Below are positions 25,415 to 34,732 of a stretch of 44,763 bases of DNA, piece by piece. The position numbers were made by a program, and so were the translations under genes. Under the pieces are notes generated by a model that saw nothing but the letters and a program-made list of their open reading frames with translations, was not told where the DNA came from and did no database searches. Source of the stretch: Bdellovibrionales bacterium. Lineage in GTDB: Bacteria > Bdellovibrionota > UBA1018 > CAIMNF01. The DNA lies in assembly GCA_040379745.1 (NCBI GenBank), contig JBEIKL010000002.1, positions 1-44,763 of the forward strand. Reading direction: 5' to 3'. The first letter of the stretch is position 1, and the number at the start of each line of letters is the position of its first letter.

Positions 25415-26257
25415 TTACTCCTTGGTTGTTTCTTCTACGGTTGCATCCATTGCTTCGAGGTCTGCAGCATCAACACCTTTAAGGTCGATGTCGCCTTCGA
25501 AACGGGAAACCTTCTTCTCAGAACCGTCATCCTTATCGCTCATTTGTGAGCCGGAAGCGCGGAGCTTCTCTTGGAACTGTTGTGTTCCTTCGAGACATGC
25601 ATCTGCCATGAGTTTTGCGAAGAGGCTAACGCTGCGGAAAGCATCGTCGTTACCCGGAATCATGAAGTCGATTCCTGTCGGGTCACAGTTGGTGTCCACG
25701 ATCGCAACAGTCGGGATGTGAAGGCGTTTTGCTTCCTTGATCGCAATGTGCTCTTTGGAAGTGTCGATCAGGAAGATCGCGCCTGGAAGTTTTTTCATCT
25801 CTTGAATTCCGCCCAAACCCTTGCGGAGTTTAGCCAATTCACGATCAAAACCGGATTGTTCTTTTTTAGTGTAGTCATTCCAGTTTTCAGAAAGTTTCAA
25901 TGCTTCGAGTTTTTTCAAACGATCGATGGAAGCTTTCACGGTTTGGAAGTTGGTGAGCATGCCACCCAACCAACGCTCAGTCACATAGTACTGACCTGCA
26001 CGTTGCGCTTCTTGAGCGATGACTTCTTTAGCTTGTTTTTTAGTTCCAACGAAGATTACTTTTTTACCTTCAGCCGCAACACTCTTGATGAAATCCGCTG
26101 CTTTTTTAGCGCGCTCTACGGTCTGCTCGAGGTCAACGATATAGATACCGTTGCGTGCACCGTAAACGTATTTCTTCATTCTTGGGTTCCAGTGATTGGT
26201 TTGGTGACCGTAGTGAACGCCCGCTTCGAGCATTTCTTTCATACTGATGGTTGGCAT
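25415..26257 (-). CDS. rpsB: 30S ribosomal protein S2
   Basis: MPTISMKEMLEAGVHYGHQTNHWNPRM. AAGGA lies 8 nt upstream of ATG 26257; the ORF extension to 26290 lacks an SD. Acidic C-terminal tail. Confidence 0.95.
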   Translation of the reverse strand: MPTISMKEMLEAGVHYGHQTNHWNPRMKKYVYGARNGIYIVDLEQTVERAKKAADFIKSVAAEGKKVIFVGTKKQAKEVIAQEAQRAGQYYVTERWLGGMLTNFQTVKASIDRLKKLEALKLSENWNDYTKKEQSGFDRELAKLRKGLGGIQEMKKLPGAIFLIDTSKEHIAIKEAKRLHIPTVAIVDTNCDPTGIDFMIPGNDDAFRSVSLFAKLMADACLEGTQQFQEKLRASGSQMSDKDDGSEKKVSRFEGDIDLKGVDAADLEAMDATVEETTKE

Positions 26258-26467
26258 TGTTTTTTCCTTTTTCTGAATCTTTCGATTCATTTAAGGCGGG
26301 AACATCGAGATCGCTTGAATCACTTTTACAAGTGACGAGTGAGGCTTGAAAATACCCGCGGTTTTTTCCTCCACTTCCTTAATCCGGCCAATCGATTGAT
26401 CAACCGAACACCACGTTTTTTACCGGCGGACCTTATGCCCGACAGCACGGAAGTGTGTGTTTTTGTT
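26258..26467 (-). promoter_or_regulatory. long structured 5' leader of rpsB-tsf (candidate autoregulatory RNA)
   Basis: About 210 nt lie between the predicted -10 and the ATG. A 7-bp long-range helix (26372-26378 with 26449-26455) encloses an 8-bp hairpin with G.U pairs (26386-26405). There is also a TCACTT/AAGTGA hairpin (26320-26335). Confidence 0.4.
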
Positions 26468-26474
26468 TCATAAA

Positions 26475-26503
26475 CTTATAGCGAAAAACCTTACTTTCGG
26501 CAA
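26475..26503 (-). promoter_or_regulatory. candidate rpsB promoter TTGCCG-17 nt-TATAAG
   Basis: Read on the minus strand: -35 at 26503-26498 and -10 at 26480-26475. Confidence 0.5.
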
Positions 26504-26518
26504 TGATTATTTATCACG

Positions 26519-26821
26519 ATGATTTGGGCCAAACCTCATGAAATCAAAGGGAAATCCGGCACACTCCTCCTGCTTTACATTCAGCCGGGGGCGTCCAAGA
26601 CCGCTTTGAAGGGCCTTTTTCAGGACCGGATGAAGCTTTCCGTTCAGGCTCCTCCGGTGGAGGGGGCCGCCAATGAAGCGGTCATCGGGTTCCTGGCCAA
26701 AAGCCTGAAACTCCCCAAACGGTCGATCCACCTCTTGAGCGGAGAAACCTCACGACAAAAGAATCTCTGGGTTGAACTCGACTTTGCCTCAGTCAACGCC
26801 CTTCTTTCTCATCCAGGTTGA
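26519..26821 (+). CDS. DUF167 (YggU) family protein
   Basis: LKLSVQAPPVEGAANEAVIGFLAKSLKLPKRSIHLLSGETSRQKNLWV matches the YggU pattern (ApP..GkAN ... G..sr.K). Confidence 0.85.
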   Translation: MIWAKPHEIKGKSGTLLLLYIQPGASKTALKGLFQDRMKLSVQAPPVEGAANEAVIGFLAKSLKLPKRSIHLLSGETSRQKNLWVELDFASVNALLSHPG

Positions 26822-26943
26822 ATTTCGCCGACGTTTTTCAAAACAAGCCGTTCCATTAAATTACCTGAATTTGCGATAACCGAATTGGTTCTTCTTTGGG
26901 CCGAGTGATCTAATTTCCTTCGAATTTACCCGGAGGTAAGAAC

Positions 26944-27573
26944 ATGAAAAAAATCACATTCCTGATCGTCACACTCATCCTGACCCATTCCGCTTTTGCG
27001 GCACCTCAAAAGGCCGCATCCCGAAAAGCAAAAACCAAAGCCGTCATCAGCGAATCGGTCATCAGCACGAAGTCATCCGCAGATGCATCCGTGGAGAAGA
27101 ATGAAAAATCCACCGTCAGTTACGGAGTCAGCATTGGGCTCGGCAGCGCAGGCAAGGCATTTCATTTCGGCCCGAGCATCAACGGCATGGTTTCCGTATC
27201 CAATACCGAGATCGGCGAGATTGAAGTAGGCGGACAAACCGGATTCCTGCTTCATCCCGGCGATGCCACGTCTTGGATCATTCCCATCCTGGTGGCCGGA
27301 CAACTCACCTTCAAGAAAACCGGTGACATCACACCCTATACGGGCTTAGCGATGGGCGTGGGGATTTTCCACGTCGATCTCGGGCTAAGCTCGGAACAGG
27401 AGGCTGCCCTGAAAGCCGCCGGTACTGACATTTCTTCCACGGACGTCGACTTCGCCCTATTGGTCAAAGCAGGCGTGATGTTCGGAGATGACAATCGGTT
27501 CTTCGCAGAAATTCCGTTCGGCACCCTCGGTAACGCATTCGCAATCCTTCCCGGTTTCGGGATGAAGTTCTGA
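26944..27573 (+). CDS. small outer-membrane beta-barrel protein
   Basis: GGAGGT SD. Signal peptide MKKITFLIVTLILTHSAFA. Gly/aromatic-rich alternating strands, ending in GFGMKF. Confidence 0.8.
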   Translation: MKKITFLIVTLILTHSAFAAPQKAASRKAKTKAVISESVISTKSSADASVEKNEKSTVSYGVSIGLGSAGKAFHFGPSINGMVSVSNTEIGEIEVGGQTGFLLHPGDATSWIIPILVAGQLTFKKTGDITPYTGLAMGVGIFHVDLGLSSEQEAALKAAGTDISSTDVDFALLVKAGVMFGDDNRFFAEIPFGTLGNAFAILPGFGMKF

Positions 27574-27600
27574 CATCATCCGCAATCATCCACCACAATC

Positions 27601-27627
27601 GGTCCGCAAGCGTCAAACTTGCGGACC
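27601..27627 (+). terminator. 10-bp hairpin after the OMP gene (no U-tract)
   Basis: GGTCCGCAAG-cgtcaaa-CTTGCGGACC. Lacks a T-run on either strand, so its terminator function is uncertain. Confidence 0.45.
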
Positions 27628-27678
27628 AAGACGTTTGCCGGCGATGGAAAAATGGCGGTAAATAATAAATATTTAAAA

Positions 27679-27707
27679 TTGAATCCGACATCGAATTTGG
27701 TCAAAAT
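27679..27707 (+). promoter_or_regulatory. candidate promoter of the TRAP operon TTGAAT-17 nt-CAAAAT
   Basis: -35 at 27679-27684 and -10 at 27702-27707. The AAGGA SD and ATG 27729 lie downstream. Confidence 0.35.
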
Positions 27708-27728
27708 CAAGGGATAAGGAATTCAATT

Positions 27729-28730
27729 ATGAAAACATTCACTCTTCTCGCGTTCTTGATTTTTTCCGCATCCATCACCCCGGTGCAAGCCGCAGACTTC
27801 ACCATGACTGTGGCAACGGTTGCGCCTGCTGACTCACCGTGGTCCGCACTTCTGACCTTGTTCAAGGAAAGTGTAGAGAAAAAAACCGGCGGTAAAGTGA
27901 AAGTGAAGCTGATGCTGGGCGGAGCCCTGGGCGATGAGAATGAAACCGTGACCAAATGTTCACGCGGTCAGATTCAAGCGGTTGCCGCATCCACTGGCGC
28001 ACTCGGATCCAAGGTTCCCGAACTGAACGTGGTCGAACTACCTTTCCTGTTCCGCTCTACCGAAGAAGCCGACCAGGTGATCGACAAGATTCTCACCCCT
28101 GAATTCGACAAGATCTTCAAGGAACGCGGCCTCGTTCTCGGACTTTGGAGCGAAAACGGATATCGCAATTTCGGAACCAGCGACAAACCCATTCGTTCTC
28201 CATCGGACCTGAAGGGCAAAAAAATGCGTTCACAAGAAAGCCAAGTGCACATGATGATGTACAAGGCATTCGGTGCGGCCGCGGTACCGATCCCAGCAAC
28301 CGAAGTTCCACAAGCATTGGCAACCAAGAACGTCGATGGTTTCGACCAAGCACTCCTTTATACGATTGCAGCCGGATGGCAGCAATCCATCAAATACGTG
28401 ACCATGTCTGAACACATTTATCAGCCTGCGGCGATCGCATTCAACTTGGCTTGGTTCAACAAATTGCCGGCTGACGCACAAAAAATCCTGATTGAAGAAG
28501 GACGTGCCCTTCAAGTCAAGGGGCGCAAAGCGGTTCGCAAAATCAATCCAGACCTCAAAGAGATCCTGAAAGGCGAAAAGATCACCGTCGTCGAACTGAC
28601 AGCCGAAGAGAAAAAGGTGTTCGAGGAAAAATCCAAACCCGTTTACGAAGAGTTCAGAAAAAGCTTTGGTCCGAAAGCTTCCAAACTTCTGGACATGATC
28701 CAGGCTGAACTCAAGAAGATCCGGGGATGA
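27729..28730 (+). CDS. dctP: TRAP transporter substrate-binding protein
   Basis: Signal peptide, then a DctP-family layout (APADSPW, ENGYRNFG, KGKKMRSQES). Followed by the Q and M subunits. Confidence 0.92.
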   Translation: MKTFTLLAFLIFSASITPVQAADFTMTVATVAPADSPWSALLTLFKESVEKKTGGKVKVKLMLGGALGDENETVTKCSRGQIQAVAASTGALGSKVPELNVVELPFLFRSTEEADQVIDKILTPEFDKIFKERGLVLGLWSENGYRNFGTSDKPIRSPSDLKGKKMRSQESQVHMMMYKAFGAAAVPIPATEVPQALATKNVDGFDQALLYTIAAGWQQSIKYVTMSEHIYQPAAIAFNLAWFNKLPADAQKILIEEGRALQVKGRKAVRKINPDLKEILKGEKITVVELTAEEKKVFEEKSKPVYEEFRKSFGPKASKLLDMIQAELKKIRG

Positions 28731-28734
28731 TCCG

Positions 28735-29547
28735 ATGAAACCAAACACACAGAAACCACTCGATTCCGTTGATGCCCTGATCTGCAAAGCGGAAAAAAGC
28801 ATCGCTTCCTTTCTTTTTCTGTTGATGTCGTTGGTGGTTTTTGCGGATGTTCTGCACCGGGTGTTTTCGCGAACACCGGGGCGATTGGCAACGATGATCG
28901 CGCCACTGATCCACTCCACTCCTGAAGCAATGGATCCGGTGATCGACCGGGCTGTAGTTCCGATCCTTTTTTTCATCACGGCATTCGGGGCGATCCTTTC
29001 CCGCTCGCGCGCATTGAAAACGGGGATCGGTTTCGGAAAAGCGACGGTTCAAGCAGTCCTCGGCTCGCTGGGCGCGGGGCTTGCCATCATCGCCTTCATC
29101 AAGCTGATTCCATCGGGTTTGGTTTGGTCACCCTATTTCGGGTTGAGTTGTCTTTTGTGGCTCGGCCTACTGGGAGCTTCGATTGCCACCCATCAAGGTC
29201 AGCACCTGGCGCTCGAGATGGGTGAAAAACTCTGGCCTGAAAAATTGCGCCCGGGAGTTTCGAAATTCGCATCCCTTCTGGTGGGAGGATTTTGTCTCGT
29301 CATCAGCGTTCTTGCCGTACTTTCCGTGAAAGATCACTATGCCGATTGGAGTTCCGGCCCTGGCGCAGGACTCATCCCGTCGATCGAGTGGCCGAAATGG
29401 GCCGTTTACCTCGTGATTCCCTATTGCTTTTTCATGATGGGGTTCCGCTTTCTCGGGCGCTCAATCGGGCTACTCAGTGATGCCGTTAAAAAAGACGAAG
29501 CCGAACACATTCAAGAAATACTGGCAACAGAAGGAGAATCGAAATGA
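28735..29547 (+). CDS. dctQ: TRAP transporter small permease (unusually long, 270 aa)
   Basis: Hydrophobic helices. Lies between dctP and dctM, with an ATGA overlap with dctM. Confidence 0.85.
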   Translation: MKPNTQKPLDSVDALICKAEKSIASFLFLLMSLVVFADVLHRVFSRTPGRLATMIAPLIHSTPEAMDPVIDRAVVPILFFITAFGAILSRSRALKTGIGFGKATVQAVLGSLGAGLAIIAFIKLIPSGLVWSPYFGLSCLLWLGLLGASIATHQGQHLALEMGEKLWPEKLRPGVSKFASLLVGGFCLVISVLAVLSVKDHYADWSSGPGAGLIPSIEWPKWAVYLVIPYCFFMMGFRFLGRSIGLLSDAVKKDEAEHIQEILATEGESK

Positions 29548-31010
29548 TCACCGCAGTTGTTCTTTCGGTTTTGCTGTTCATTGTTCTGGGCGCACCGCTT
29601 TTTGCGATTGTCGGCGTGGCCACCACGCTCTGCCTCGCCTTTTTCACCGACTTCAATCAATTCAGCGACCTCAAGATCCTGATCCAACACATTGAAAACC
29701 TCGCGACTAAACAAGAGTTTTTAGCCATTCCACTTTTCATGGCATCGGGTGCGATCATGACCGCCGGTGGTATCGCCAAGCGCCTGATCGAATTGATGGA
29801 AGCGATGTTCGGGTGGCTTCCGGGCGGGCTGGCGATTTCCGCTGTTGCCGCCTGCATGTTCTTTGCCGCAATTTCAGGCTCTTCACCGGTAACCCTGATC
29901 GCGGTCGGATCGATGATGGTTCCCGCATTGGTGAAAGCGAAGTACCCTGAAAATTTTTCGATTGGATTGATCACCACTGCCGGATCACTCGGCTGTCTCG
30001 TTCCCCCATCCATTTCGATGCTGATCTACGCGATCAGCGTTTCTGGATCCTCCTCAGTTGATCCTTCGGACATGTTTCTTGCCGGCCTGATCCCGGCATT
30101 CATGATTGCGGGAATGCTCGCGATTTACAGCATGTGGATCGGCTATCGCGAAGAGAAAAAAGGCATCATCGTTCGTGCGCCATTCTCACTCTCGAAGTTG
30201 AAGGAAAAGTTCCGTGATGGAGTGTGGTCGGTCTTCTTGCCCGTACTGGTCTTGGGCGGAATCTATGGTGGATTCTACACTCCATCTCAAGCCGGTGCAG
30301 TAGCCGTTGCGTACTCCCTGTTTGTCACCATGTGGATTTACCGTGAACTCACTCTCGGCAAAATCATGAATGCCTTGAAAGAGTCGGCTTCGCTGATGGG
30401 TGCGTTGTTACCGATCATCGTTCTGGCCTTCGGGCTTAATGATTTTCTCGCCCTGATCGATGTTCAAGAAAAACTGATGGCCTGGATCCGTGATCTGAAC
30501 CCTAGCCCCGCACAATTCATGTTGATCGTGAACGTGGTGCTGATCTTCCTCGGGGCGCTGATGGATTCGATTTCAGCGACCCTGATTTTCGCTCCGATGC
30601 TGGCACCAATCGCCAGCGAACTATTCGGGATTCACCCCATTCACTTCGGAATCGTATTCGTGGTGAACATGGAAATCGGCTACCTGATGCCTCCGGTGGC
30701 AACGAACCTTTTTGTGGCCAGTGCGGTATTCAAGAAACCGTTCGGCCAAGTGACTAAAGCCGTCATGCCCACACTGGGGCTGACTTGTCTGGCATTGGTG
30801 CTGATCATGTTCATGCCCACGTTTTCGCTGTTCAGCCTGAACCTGCGCGATGGCAAATCGCCGTGGGCAACGTTCCCGTGGGAAGGGAAGACTACGGTCA
30901 CTTCAACCACAACCGTTGAGGGCGAGCCTGCTAAAAAAGCACCCAGCCTGAAATCCTTAACCGGCAAAATGATGGAAGACATGACCGATGAATCGGAGAA
31001 AAAGGAATAA
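29544..31010 (+). CDS. dctM: TRAP transporter large permease
   Basis: 488-aa polytopic DctM-type protein (LFMASGAIMTAGGIAKRL, GSLGCLVPPSISMLIYA) with a ~60-aa hydrophilic C-terminal tail. Confidence 0.93.
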   Translation: MITAVVLSVLLFIVLGAPLFAIVGVATTLCLAFFTDFNQFSDLKILIQHIENLATKQEFLAIPLFMASGAIMTAGGIAKRLIELMEAMFGWLPGGLAISAVAACMFFAAISGSSPVTLIAVGSMMVPALVKAKYPENFSIGLITTAGSLGCLVPPSISMLIYAISVSGSSSVDPSDMFLAGLIPAFMIAGMLAIYSMWIGYREEKKGIIVRAPFSLSKLKEKFRDGVWSVFLPVLVLGGIYGGFYTPSQAGAVAVAYSLFVTMWIYRELTLGKIMNALKESASLMGALLPIIVLAFGLNDFLALIDVQEKLMAWIRDLNPSPAQFMLIVNVVLIFLGALMDSISATLIFAPMLAPIASELFGIHPIHFGIVFVVNMEIGYLMPPVATNLFVASAVFKKPFGQVTKAVMPTLGLTCLALVLIMFMPTFSLFSLNLRDGKSPWATFPWEGKTTVTSTTTVEGEPAKKAPSLKSLTGKMMEDMTDESEKKE

Positions 31011-31058
31011 TCCCTCCCCTTTCCCGGGTAATTCCGTAAATCCCGGTCTGATCGATCC

Positions 31059-31086
31059 GATTTTCAGTGAAATCCGAGTTTTTTTC
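31059..31086 (+). terminator. weak terminator-like hairpin after dctM
   Basis: GATTT-tcagtg-AAATC followed, 4 nt later, by T7. Short stem. Confidence 0.3.
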
Positions 31087-31101
31087 CTTTAGGTTTTGGG
31101 C

Positions 31102-31386
31102 ATGTCTGAAGATCAGTTCGCCAAATTCAAAAGTTTGTTGGAAAGCAATTTCCAGTTTCCCTGCATGTATATCCATAAGATCATTGGCGCTAATTCAGCG
31201 ATCTTCCAGTCTTCGGTTGAGGAATTTGAAAAGAAATTCATTGGCCTGACCCGTAAAACCGAACGCCTCAGCGCTTCCGGCAAGCACCTGTCCCTGACCT
31301 TTGAATACCACGCGGCTTCTTCAGACGATGTGGTTCTGCTCATGATCGAGACCCGAAAACTGAACGATCTGATCTACATTCTTTGA
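31102..31386 (+). CDS. DUF493 (YbeD) family protein
   Basis: FQFPCMYIHKIIG matches the FPC...K.iG start of YbeD-like proteins, and the size is about 94 aa. ATG at 31102; the ORF opens with TTG at 31096. Confidence 0.8.
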   Translation: MSEDQFAKFKSLLESNFQFPCMYIHKIIGANSAIFQSSVEEFEKKFIGLTRKTERLSASGKHLSLTFEYHAASSDDVVLLMIETRKLNDLIYIL

Positions 31387-31413
31387 TCCGGCTCGCGGTC
31401 GCAACACTTCAAA

Positions 31414-31809
31414 CTAAGGTGAACACTTCGGCAATGCATCGACCGTCTGCTTGATGGTTTTGCGCAGTACCTTGAATCCGTCTTTCGCCCCACACAATTG
31501 CGTGAAGCAATAAGTATCATCGGACTTACTGGTCACGACTTTTTCTTCGCGATCTTTCACGGTGATGAGGGATTTTGCGTGCTCGAATTGCCCCTTCTGA
31601 TAGGTTTCGAAGGTGACTTCGATTTCATAATCCGCTTCTTCGACATCCGCAACCAGGTCATAACCATGGTCGAGAAATTTCATGCCCAACTCCTCGCCGA
31701 AGTACAGGTACTGATTGCCCACATAAACACCCACATCGTTCAGGTGATAGGTGCAATATGCGGCAGATGCGTTTGGAATGAGATTCATCAACAGTGCAAA
31801 CAGAAACAT
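31414..31809 (-). CDS. hypothetical secreted protein (4 Cys)
   Basis: AAGGGGGA SD. Signal-like MFLFALLMNLIPNASA. No family recognised. Confidence 0.6.
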   Translation of the reverse strand: MFLFALLMNLIPNASAAYCTYHLNDVGVYVGNQYLYFGEELGMKFLDHGYDLVADVEEADYEIEVTFETYQKGQFEHAKSLITVKDREEKVVTSKSDDTYCFTQLCGAKDGFKVLRKTIKQTVDALPKCSP

Positions 31810-31932
31810 GGTTCCCCCTTGGGATTCAAGATCCCGTTCCCGATTTAATCAAAAACAGGGTTTGTTTCCAAGTGCGGAATCCGAATCCATCGATTTTGAG
31901 GAATTTGATCAGGGCTTTGGTACACTGGATGC

Positions 31933-32748
31933 ATGACTTCGATCAAACCCTCACCCGCCCTGACGCTGAGCGAACACACCTCCATCGGCGAAACTATCCA
32001 CTTTCTGACCATGCACGGGGTTGGATCCGTCATCATCACTGCTTACGATGATCCTGAAAAACCGGTGGGAATCTTCACCGAGCGCGACCTGTTGAAATGG
32101 GCCTTGCAGATCGGAGGCAAAAGCCACTGGAACACCGCCATCGGTCACATCATGACCAAGAATCTGATCACGATCACGACTGCAGAACTGGACCGGGCTA
32201 ACGGGCTGATGATTCAGCACCACATCCGGCACCTACCCGTGGTGTATCGAGACGATGATGGAATATCACGGTTGGCAGGAATCGTTTCCATGCGGGATGC
32301 GTTCAAACAATTGGTCGAAGAGAACAAATCAATCCGTGAACTCATGAGCGAAATCGAACACAAACCCAGTATCACTGTCTTAGCCAAGAACGGACCGTCC
32401 AGAAAACTTCAGTCATCCCTACTCGGAAGCCGCACAAACATCCAATTCCTGCCTGAAAACTCATCGGGAACGGATGTATTGAATCACTTGCAACAGAGTC
32501 ACGCTTTCGTATTCGACATTGACTCTTTCCGGAATCCCGATTGGGTTTCGGTCCTGAGAACGATACTGGATTCCGGAACCTATCCCGATCTATACATCAT
32601 CATGGACCCCAAACAGCACGACCAAATGACGACCAAAACCCTGCAGACCATGCACTCGGCCAATGTCTTGAACGTTTTCCACAAGCCCATCAACCTGATT
32701 TCCTATCTTGATAAAATCGATCACTCCCTTCAATCGGCATCCGGCTAA
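31933..32748 (+). CDS. CBS-pair protein with C-terminal receiver-like (atypical REC) domain
   Basis: Two CBS units (GSVIITAYDDPEKPVGIFTERDLLKW and IMTKNLITITT...IRHLPVV). The C-terminal half has a REC-like beta/alpha pattern: ITVLAKNG, HAFVFDIDS, LYIIMDP, NVFHKPI. Confidence 0.85.
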   Translation: MTSIKPSPALTLSEHTSIGETIHFLTMHGVGSVIITAYDDPEKPVGIFTERDLLKWALQIGGKSHWNTAIGHIMTKNLITITTAELDRANGLMIQHHIRHLPVVYRDDDGISRLAGIVSMRDAFKQLVEENKSIRELMSEIEHKPSITVLAKNGPSRKLQSSLLGSRTNIQFLPENSSGTDVLNHLQQSHAFVFDIDSFRNPDWVSVLRTILDSGTYPDLYIIMDPKQHDQMTTKTLQTMHSANVLNVFHKPINLISYLDKIDHSLQSASG

Positions 32749-32765
32749 GTTTGAATTGTAATTGG

Positions 32766-34643
32766 ATGAAGGATCAGTGGATAATCGAAATCATGATCAC
32801 CAACCAGCGCTTTCTGACTTCTCTGATCCTGATGGGGGCTTTCCTTTTTCCTTCTTTTTCCAGTGCTGAACCGGCTGATGAACTGACTGCGATTGGAAAC
32901 TCCAGGGAATGGAAGAATCTCCTTCATTATGGAGATGGATGGCTGATCACCGAAGACCGCAGCCGTGCCGACGCGTCTTTCTTTTTCATCTCACCAGGGG
33001 GAAAAACCGATCCGGTCGCTGAGCTCCGTGCGGATCTCGACGCATTTCAGAACCCGACCGTGAAGACCGGCAAAGAGCAGACCTCTGCAGTATGTGTATT
33101 CCCCGCACGGCGGAAGTTCCTCGAGGAAAAACTGCATCGGAAGTTTCCCGATGCCGACTGCCCGAAGCTCAAAGTATTTCTCGAGGAAACGAATGCGGAT
33201 GCGGTTCAACTCGTTTTTTCAACCGCGTATCCGAACAACCCAGGATCCATGTTCGGACACACGTTCCTCAAGTTCATTCAGAATAACACACCCGATCTCT
33301 TCCAGCCAGCGGCAAGCTATGCTGCTTTTGTCGGCGAGGATGGCGGGTTTTTTTATATGGCGCGAGGACTGTTCGGTGGATACCGGGGCGCCTTCGATCT
33401 GACTCCCTATTATGCGAAAATCAACGAGTATGTGCGTTCAGAAAGCCGTGACCTTTGGGAATACGAACTGAATCTCAGTGCCGATGAAATTAACACGCTT
33501 GCCCTGCACCTATGGGAACTCCAATCCAATGCCGGTTTTGATTATTACTTCTTTGATGAGAATTGTTCGTATGTGGTTTTGCGGGCGATCGAAGTGGCAA
33601 AACCACGATGGAATCTGGCGGGACAGAAGTTGTTCACCATCCCGGGTTCCACCGTCCGGACTCTTCACTCCATTCCGGATGCAATTCGAAAAACCGGGTT
33701 CAGACCCTCCCTACGGCGCAAGCTCGATGCCTTTGTCTCCGGCTTGAATCAGGCCGAAAGAGATGAACTCGATCAGCTTCTCAGTGGTGAATTGAAAGCG
33801 GATGCGATCCGGAATGCCGCGATCCTCGATACGGCACTGGTGAAAATCCAATATCTGAAAACGGTGGATCCATCTTTGAATCGGGAGATCCAACTGGCGA
33901 GAAGCACATTCAAAACCACACCGATTGATCAGACAATTACCGTTCCGAAAGGACAGAATCAACCCGAGCAAGGACACGCACCTTCCGTGATATCACTGGG
34001 CGGTGGGTTCACCAATCAGAACAGTCACTTCCATCTGGGTTATAAATTCGCGTTCCACGATCTTCTCAACAATGATCAGGGTTATGAACCTTATACCCAG
34101 ATTGATTTTCCCTCGATTCAAGTTCGTCTGATCGAAAGTAAAGGCCTGATTCTCGATAAATTGGGCCTGGTGGCGATCACCTCCCTCTATCCTTGGACCG
34201 ATCTTGAAAAAAGCAAATCCTGGAAACTCGCACTCGATGTCAGAAGGGCGAATGACCTTGCTTGCAATACCTGCATGATCGCCCATGGAGATCTCGGCTT
34301 CGGTATCGCACTCCACCCTTGGACCAAAAATGCAGTCACTTCGGTATTCGCATCGGTTTATACCGAAGCAGGAAAAACACTCGATGGAGCCCGCATCGGA
34401 CCGAAAGCCGAATGGCTGAATGTGTTTCAACTGGGTGACATCAAGGGCCTGGTGAATCTCGGCTGGAGCCTGGATGCGTTTCAAAACAAGCGCAGCTCTT
34501 CATTCTGGACGCAAGAGGCGGGACTCTCCTATCGCATTCATCGCGATCTTGAAATCCGCACAACTTTCAACAGAGCCAGTCGTGAACTCTCCAGCGCTGC
34601 AATTCACACCGAGTCACAGTTGACACTGCATCAGTATTTTTGA
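32766..34643 (+). CDS. DUF4105 (Lnb N-terminal domain) family periplasmic/outer-membrane protein
   Basis: Signal-like LTSLILMGAFLFPSFSSA. PGSMFGHTFLKF and YYFFDENCSY resemble DUF4105. The C-terminal part is beta-rich. Start ambiguous: TTG 32751, ATG 32766 or ATG 32793. Confidence 0.82.
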   Translation: MKDQWIIEIMITNQRFLTSLILMGAFLFPSFSSAEPADELTAIGNSREWKNLLHYGDGWLITEDRSRADASFFFISPGGKTDPVAELRADLDAFQNPTVKTGKEQTSAVCVFPARRKFLEEKLHRKFPDADCPKLKVFLEETNADAVQLVFSTAYPNNPGSMFGHTFLKFIQNNTPDLFQPAASYAAFVGEDGGFFYMARGLFGGYRGAFDLTPYYAKINEYVRSESRDLWEYELNLSADEINTLALHLWELQSNAGFDYYFFDENCSYVVLRAIEVAKPRWNLAGQKLFTIPGSTVRTLHSIPDAIRKTGFRPSLRRKLDAFVSGLNQAERDELDQLLSGELKADAIRNAAILDTALVKIQYLKTVDPSLNREIQLARSTFKTTPIDQTITVPKGQNQPEQGHAPSVISLGGGFTNQNSHFHLGYKFAFHDLLNNDQGYEPYTQIDFPSIQVRLIESKGLILDKLGLVAITSLYPWTDLEKSKSWKLALDVRRANDLACNTCMIAHGDLGFGIALHPWTKNAVTSVFASVYTEAGKTLDGARIGPKAEWLNVFQLGDIKGLVNLGWSLDAFQNKRSSSFWTQEAGLSYRIHRDLEIRTTFNRASRELSSAAIHTESQLTLHQYF

Positions 34644-34704
34644 GGACTTACTGGATTGAATACCCATTCACAGTGCCATTCGTGATCATTTTCATCGGTG
34701 AAGA

Positions 34705-34732
34705 TTGACTCGTGCTATTTTTTATATAAAAT
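34705..34732 (+). promoter_or_regulatory. promoter TTGACT-16 nt-TAAAAT upstream of the DUF3015 gene
   Basis: -35 at 34705-34710 and -10 at 34727-34732. The AT palindrome TATATAAA-A-TTTATATA (34723-34739) overlaps the -10. The GGAGG SD and ATG 34763 lie downstream. Confidence 0.55.
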
